DNA from: a virus | Virus record (IMG/VR): IMGVR_UViG_3300029818_000004 | Coordinates: 1 to 44,131 of that record | DNA: 44,131 nucleotides | Strand: one strand, 5' to 3' | In this document: positions 40,191-44,131 of the stretch, piece after piece | How the letters are laid out: each line of letters opens with the position of its first letter | Position numbering within the stretch: the first letter of the stretch is position 1 | Notes under the pieces: generated by a model | What the model saw: the letters and a program-made list of their open reading frames with translations, nothing else | Told to the model about the DNA's origin: nothing | Database searches by the model: none | Translations under genes and position numbers: made by a program

Positions 40191-42651
40191 TCAATACAAG
40201 GTCGTAATCAATAGTCAATTCGCCGTTGTTCGGAAGAACAATAACCGGCATAGGTGCGGACGCGATGGAATAAAGCCCGTCTTTCTTCGCTTCGATATGA
40301 ACGACGATATTTCCAACATGGTCTTCGTTGGTTGTGACGAAGTCATACGGCAAAGCTTGGTCGTCGGCAATGACCGTCACGACCCCGTCAAGTTCAAACG
40401 AAATGCGGTATGTCGTGCCAGCTTCAGCCGTCGCCGCCGCGTCGTCTTCGAACCATGCTTCAGTTACGTTTGCCCGGTTGCGCGGGCGCGCGTCGATTGG
40501 GATTGTCGCCCCTGCCGTGAAAATCTGCCATGCGGCCCGATTTCCGTCCGCTGTGGCATAGTCGGGGGCAATCACGCGGGAAACCCGCCCGACCGGGGTA
40601 AAGGGCGTCACAAGGGCGCTGTCCGCCGGGGAACTGCCCGTTGCCGTGCGGTCGATGAAATAAACGCTAAATTCTTCGCCGGTCACAACGGCGTCGTCAA
40701 AAAAGCCTTCCTGCCCTTCAAAGAAATAAAGCACGTCGTCCGCCGCATGGGCAAACCAACCCGTATCAAACATGGCGCGATGAACGTTGTTCAGCGTAAC
40801 GGTTCCGTCTTCGTTGTCCGTCGCGCTTTCATAAGCCAACAATTCGTTACCAAGAACGAACAAGTTACCGCCAAGGCGAATGTCTTCGGCATTGATGACT
40901 TCCGACACGTTACCGATATTATCAATCAACACTTCGGCAACAACGCCGTCGTCCCAACCTTCGAACCGCCCAAGCGGCGCGACAAGCTGGCCAGTGTTGG
41001 CATAAGGTGCCATGTTCAACACTTCAACGTCGTCGGTTCCTTCTTCAATGTAAGCGTTGAAGCCAAGCGTATAGCTTGACGGCGCTTTGACCAAAGAAGC
41101 GACGCTTGATTGACCTTCAGGGGTCGCCAACCCGGCGTTGTAATCAAGGAACGCGGGAAGTTCGAACAAGGCGAAGTCTTCAACGTCTTGCGGCGCATAG
41201 CTGTTCGGGACGTATCCCGACGGAACCGGGGCGCTGATAACCGTCGCGTCAAGCGCGTATTCGTCTTGAACAACCGAAAGCGTGATACGTCCGTTTTCAA
41301 GCGACCCGTTGCCCATTTTGCGAATACGCATGACCATTTGCGAAATGCCGTATTCCGGCCAAACCAAAATGAACGGGTCGCCCGGCCTAAGCGAAGACAC
41401 AACCCGGTTCATTGAAAGTTCGCACGAATAAAGCGGAACGTTCAAGTTGGACAGTTCACGCGCCGCAATGGCGTTCGCAAGGCCAGCTTCTTTGACGCCC
41501 GGCATGTTGATTTCAACCGGGCGTTGCTTTCCTTGGAAGCGCAACAAGGCGAAGTCTTTCGCGATTGCAACCTTGTCGTCAACGTATCCGGCTTCGCGGT
41601 CGATATACTTCAGCCGAACGACGTTGTTCGTTTCGCTCCAAAGCTTCTTCGTATAGTTGCGAACTTCGATGATTTCGGACGGCGTAAGAACCGGCAAATC
41701 AAGAATGTCGTAATCGTTCCGAAGAAGCTTCAGTTCGACAAGGCCGGTCGTCTGTTCTTCGAAGATAATGGCGTTCAACTGGCGAAGAATTTGTTTGACC
41801 GCGTCCTTTGCTTCGGTCGCGTTTGAAATTGAAATCGAAATGCCGTTGCCTTCGCCGAACGCCTGAAGCGCAACCGTGCGCCATTGTTCGACGTTTATCT
41901 TGGCCGGGTCATAGCCAAGGTTGCCCCAATCGGTTTGAAATATGTCGAACAGCACTTCAACAATGTTGGCGTCAAGACCGTTCGGCATAATGTGCCGCAT
42001 ATCAGCCAAGCCAAGGCCGTTAGTGAAGTAAGCGGCTTCGCATGACACGGCGTCGATTTGCGGCGAATTGCCCCACCAAAAATCGCGAAATACCATGTGG
42101 GCAATGCCCACATAAGCCGGGCAGTCCGCCCCCAAATGGGTTTCGTTCCAAACGTCCGCCGGTTGGTCGAAGTTACCGCAATACATGGCGATGTTGCCAG
42201 CAATGCCGCCCCGGTTGCCGTCGTTCGAACCGCCGTAAAGTTCAGGCAAGTTTATGTTGATTACATTAACGCAAGGGTCTTCGTAAAGGCAACCCGACCA
42301 AACAAGGTTTTCGCCGAACCAAAGCTTGCGGTAAACGACGCCCGGTCCAAGCGCCCAAGCCAAATCGACGCCCGAATAATACTTGTAACCCGTAATGACC
42401 TTCTTCGAACTGAATAGGCCAGTCTTTACCTTCTTCTTAATCGGTTCGGCGCGAAAGTTGCCAAGCCCGATAGTGTTCGGCGAAGTAAGCTTTAGCGTTC
42501 CATAAAAGCGCGTAACGGGGTCGCCTTCGTCCGACCGGGGAAAGCTGAAGTCGTCCAACCCTTTAGCTTGGGCGTTTTCCAACTTGATTTTCGGCGAAAG
42601 GAAGGCCGTCAAGATAAACCCGGCGACGAATAGTGCAATGAAGAACCACAT
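40159..42651 (-). CDS. Central tail-tip / host specificity protein (lambda gpJ / GTA g15-like, 830 aa)
   Basis: N-terminal TM, then LDDFSFPRSDEGDPVTRFYGTLKL, resembling the ..D...P.s.eG.PIP.vyGt.r. start of Phage-tail_3 host specificity proteins. Size and position after the gpL-like gene agree. Confidence 0.7.
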   Translation of the reverse strand: MWFFIALFVAGFILTAFLSPKIKLENAQAKGLDDFSFPRSDEGDPVTRFYGTLKLTSPNTIGLGNFRAEPIKKKVKTGLFSSKKVITGYKYYSGVDLAWALGPGVVYRKLWFGENLVWSGCLYEDPCVNVININLPELYGGSNDGNRGGIAGNIAMYCGNFDQPADVWNETHLGADCPAYVGIAHMVFRDFWWGNSPQIDAVSCEAAYFTNGLGLADMRHIMPNGLDANIVEVLFDIFQTDWGNLGYDPAKINVEQWRTVALQAFGEGNGISISISNATEAKDAVKQILRQLNAIIFEEQTTGLVELKLLRNDYDILDLPVLTPSEIIEVRNYTKKLWSETNNVVRLKYIDREAGYVDDKVAIAKDFALLRFQGKQRPVEINMPGVKEAGLANAIAARELSNLNVPLYSCELSMNRVVSSLRPGDPFILVWPEYGISQMVMRIRKMGNGSLENGRITLSVVQDEYALDATVISAPVPSGYVPNSYAPQDVEDFALFELPAFLDYNAGLATPEGQSSVASLVKAPSSYTLGFNAYIEEGTDDVEVLNMAPYANTGQLVAPLGRFEGWDDGVVAEVLIDNIGNVSEVINAEDIRLGGNLFVLGNELLAYESATDNEDGTVTLNNVHRAMFDTGWFAHAADDVLYFFEGQEGFFDDAVVTGEEFSVYFIDRTATGSSPADSALVTPFTPVGRVSRVIAPDYATADGNRAAWQIFTAGATIPIDARPRNRANVTEAWFEDDAAATAEAGTTYRISFELDGVVTVIADDQALPYDFVTTNEDHVGNIVVHIEAKKDGLYSIASAPMPVIVLPNNGELTIDYDLVLIDGERIGFDA

Positions 42652-42663
42652 GGAAGCGTCGCC

Positions 42664-43881
42664 TTAGAATGTGAAGAACCAATTATCAGGCCAAAGCCCG
42701 CGAATTGAAAACGGGTTGCCCATTGATTGCGAACCGGCCATTGGCAAGGGCGAACTGAAGCTTCCACTATCCCAACGCCTAGCGGCGAACGTCGCGGTTT
42801 GACCGCCGGGAACTGAACCGCTGTCGAACTGCAAACGCAAGTCGCGAACTTGGGGCGCGTAACTTGCGGGGTTGGTATGACGTATCAAGTAAGACTTCGG
42901 CGTTGGCCGAATTGTTCCGCCGCCTGTAAAGACCGTTTCGCCGCTTGTTTCGCTTTCAACGTAGCAACCGGGCGAATTGTCAACAACGCCCGCCGACCAA
43001 GAAACAAGATATTCAACATACCAACCTTCGAAATAGGGAATGTATGGAATACACGAAACGTCGGCAACGTCTTTGCCCGGTTCAAGCCCTGAAGCGAAAA
43101 TGTTCTTCGGCGGAATATACGGAAAGCCGCCGAAACGCTTCGTATTGTCGAACTTAACTTTGCAATCGCCTTGATAAGCAAGGTCGCAACCGGCGGCGAT
43201 AATTACCGCGTCGGTTACGCTTGCCCCGGCGAAGGGATAGTTGACAGTTATCACGTTGCCCGCTTGGGCGGTAATCATGCGCCGTTCGCCGCTGGCCAAG
43301 ACGGCTTCGCCGCCGACAAGCTGCCCGTCCAAAATACCAACGTCGTCTATTGTAATTGCGTTGGCGGCAATCGCGGTTATTGTCGCGGCAATTGACCAAT
43401 CGTCGTAAACTACGCCGCAACGTGCGTCGTATAAGTCATGGTTGCACGGCGTTTGAAAATAGACGTTGGGGAAGTCGGCGCTTAACGCCGCTGCAAGCTG
43501 CGAAGGAACGCGAATTGTCGCCGTCCCTTTGACGACTTGAATGTTTTCGACGTTGCCCGACCAATAGCGAACGTATTCGCCGGGGTTGTGACCGCGATAA
43601 ATAGTCAAGGTCAATTCAGGCGGTGAAATTTGAAAGCCGTATATCGCGATAATGTCCGTCGAAACCGGCATTTCAACCGTAACTTCGGCGTTGTCGTCGT
43701 TTTGGGTTGCGTTGTTAATCGCCGACCGACGCATTGCGCGAAGCGGGACGTAGTCGTTGCCTTCGAAGTTGACTAGCAGCGGTCCCGACGTATAGTAAAA
43801 GTTGGCGTATGTGCCTTCATACTTGAACAGTTCGACCGGGCGTCCGTCATGCTTCGATTGTTCGCTTGCTTCGTATGTCAT
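42664..43881 (-). CDS. Minor tail protein L-like (DUF2163 / BR0599-type Cys motifs) with an extra C-terminal domain
   Basis: CNHDLYDARCGVVY and AGCDLAYQGDCKVKFDNTKRFGGFPYIP match the C..lgd.rC / GC......C..kF.N..nFGGFP.iP signature of the gpL/BR0599 family. 405 aa. Confidence 0.6.
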   Translation of the reverse strand: MTYEASEQSKHDGRPVELFKYEGTYANFYYTSGPLLVNFEGNDYVPLRAMRRSAINNATQNDDNAEVTVEMPVSTDIIAIYGFQISPPELTLTIYRGHNPGEYVRYWSGNVENIQVVKGTATIRVPSQLAAALSADFPNVYFQTPCNHDLYDARCGVVYDDWSIAATITAIAANAITIDDVGILDGQLVGGEAVLASGERRMITAQAGNVITVNYPFAGASVTDAVIIAAGCDLAYQGDCKVKFDNTKRFGGFPYIPPKNIFASGLEPGKDVADVSCIPYIPYFEGWYVEYLVSWSAGVVDNSPGCYVESETSGETVFTGGGTIRPTPKSYLIRHTNPASYAPQVRDLRLQFDSGSVPGGQTATFAARRWDSGSFSSPLPMAGSQSMGNPFSIRGLWPDNWFFTF

Positions 43882-44131
43882 TTAATCGACCGTCCGAATG
43901 TTAAGCGTGACCAAAGAATTAAGCCCGCCATGTTCAGTTGAAACCGTATCATCGGCAATTCGACATTTCAACAGCAAGCTTACGGATTGACCCGACCAAT
44001 CGCCCGCCGGAATGGCCGGGGTGAAGGTCAAGCGGTCGTTTCCGCCAACCAAGGCGACGCCTGTAACGGCGGCGAAGTGTTGCGTTCCATCCGGCTTCGT
44101 TATGACGATACGGCGAAAGCTTGGCGAAGGG
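43882..44131 (-). CDS. 3' end of the junction-spanning gpM-like minor tail gene (same gene as 1..1047)
   Basis: In-frame continuation ...GDWSGQSVSLLLKCRIADDTVSTEHGGLNSLVTLNIRTVD ends at the TAA at 43882..43884, adjacent to the ATG of the next gene. Bases 44005..44131 duplicate 1..127. Confidence 0.8.
   Translation of the reverse strand, partial: PSPSFRRIVITKPDGTQHFAAVTGVALVGGNDRLTFTPAIPAGDWSGQSVSLLLKCRIADDTVSTEHGGLNSLVTLNIRTVD
44005..44131. repeat. Terminal direct repeat, copy 2 (identical to 1..127)
   Basis: Verbatim identity read directly from the sequence. Confidence 0.95.

Noticed and set aside
1-44131. Lysogeny, partition or defence modules (integrase, CI-like repressor, ParAB, toxin-antitoxin, restriction-modification, CRISPR, reverse transcriptase)
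   Set aside because: None of the ORFs shows the corresponding catalytic motifs on reading. The only regulator-like gene is the 71-aa HTH upstream of the primase. Absence is provisional without profile searches.

Overview
The window is one complete tailed-phage genome. Bases 1-127 recur exactly at 44005-44131, so the unique sequence is 44,004 bp and is circular or circularly permuted. An overlap of 127 nt looks like an assembler k-mer. By eye the G+C is in the mid-50s percent, the DNA is CpG-rich, and coding is very dense with many ATGA, TAATG and GTGA start/stop overlaps.

Layout:
(1) A leftward late operon runs 17662 -> 1, wraps, and ends at 38908. It encodes a lysis cassette (GH108 endolysin, two membrane proteins, overlapped spanins), small and large terminase, portal, SPP1-gp7/Mu-F-like protein, scaffold and major capsid protein. 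Next come two paralogous small head genes, neck proteins, the major tail protein and G/G-T tail chaperones with a canonical -1 slippery site. The operon ends with an HK97-gp10-like protein, the tape measure, a gpM-like gene that spans the window ends, a gpL-like protein, a gpJ-like protein and two distal fibre-like genes.
(2) A leftward early region (27216 -> 18449) holds about 30 small genes. Several are under 60 aa and absent from the ORF track. It includes MazG, a Topo VI-A/Spo11-like protein, a VRR-NUC nuclease, a DUF3850/ASCH-like protein and many zinc-ribbon proteins. Sigma70-like promoters sharing a GTTGACAC -35 punctuate it.
(3) A leftward HTH regulator plus AEP primase / SF3 helicase occupies 30051 -> 27439.
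(4) A rightward replication/recombination module (30227 -> 38911) encodes a Sak4-like ATPase, an SSB-like protein, a Cas4-like nuclease, an SF2 helicase, a beta-clamp-like protein and a DNA polymerase with B-family-type motifs.

I found no integrase, tRNA or CRISPR array.

The most unusual signals are at the DNA level:
- The octamer TGTGGGCA (consensus ATGTGGGCAR) occurs 22 times, 11 in each orientation. It falls in all reading frames and in untranslated DNA, and once as a perfect back-to-back palindrome.
- An AT-rich inverted iteron array lies next to the primase gene and is a candidate origin.
- A self-contained promoter-gene-terminator unit sits between the early and lysis modules.

All functional calls rest on motifs and gene order read by eye. 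No database search was possible.
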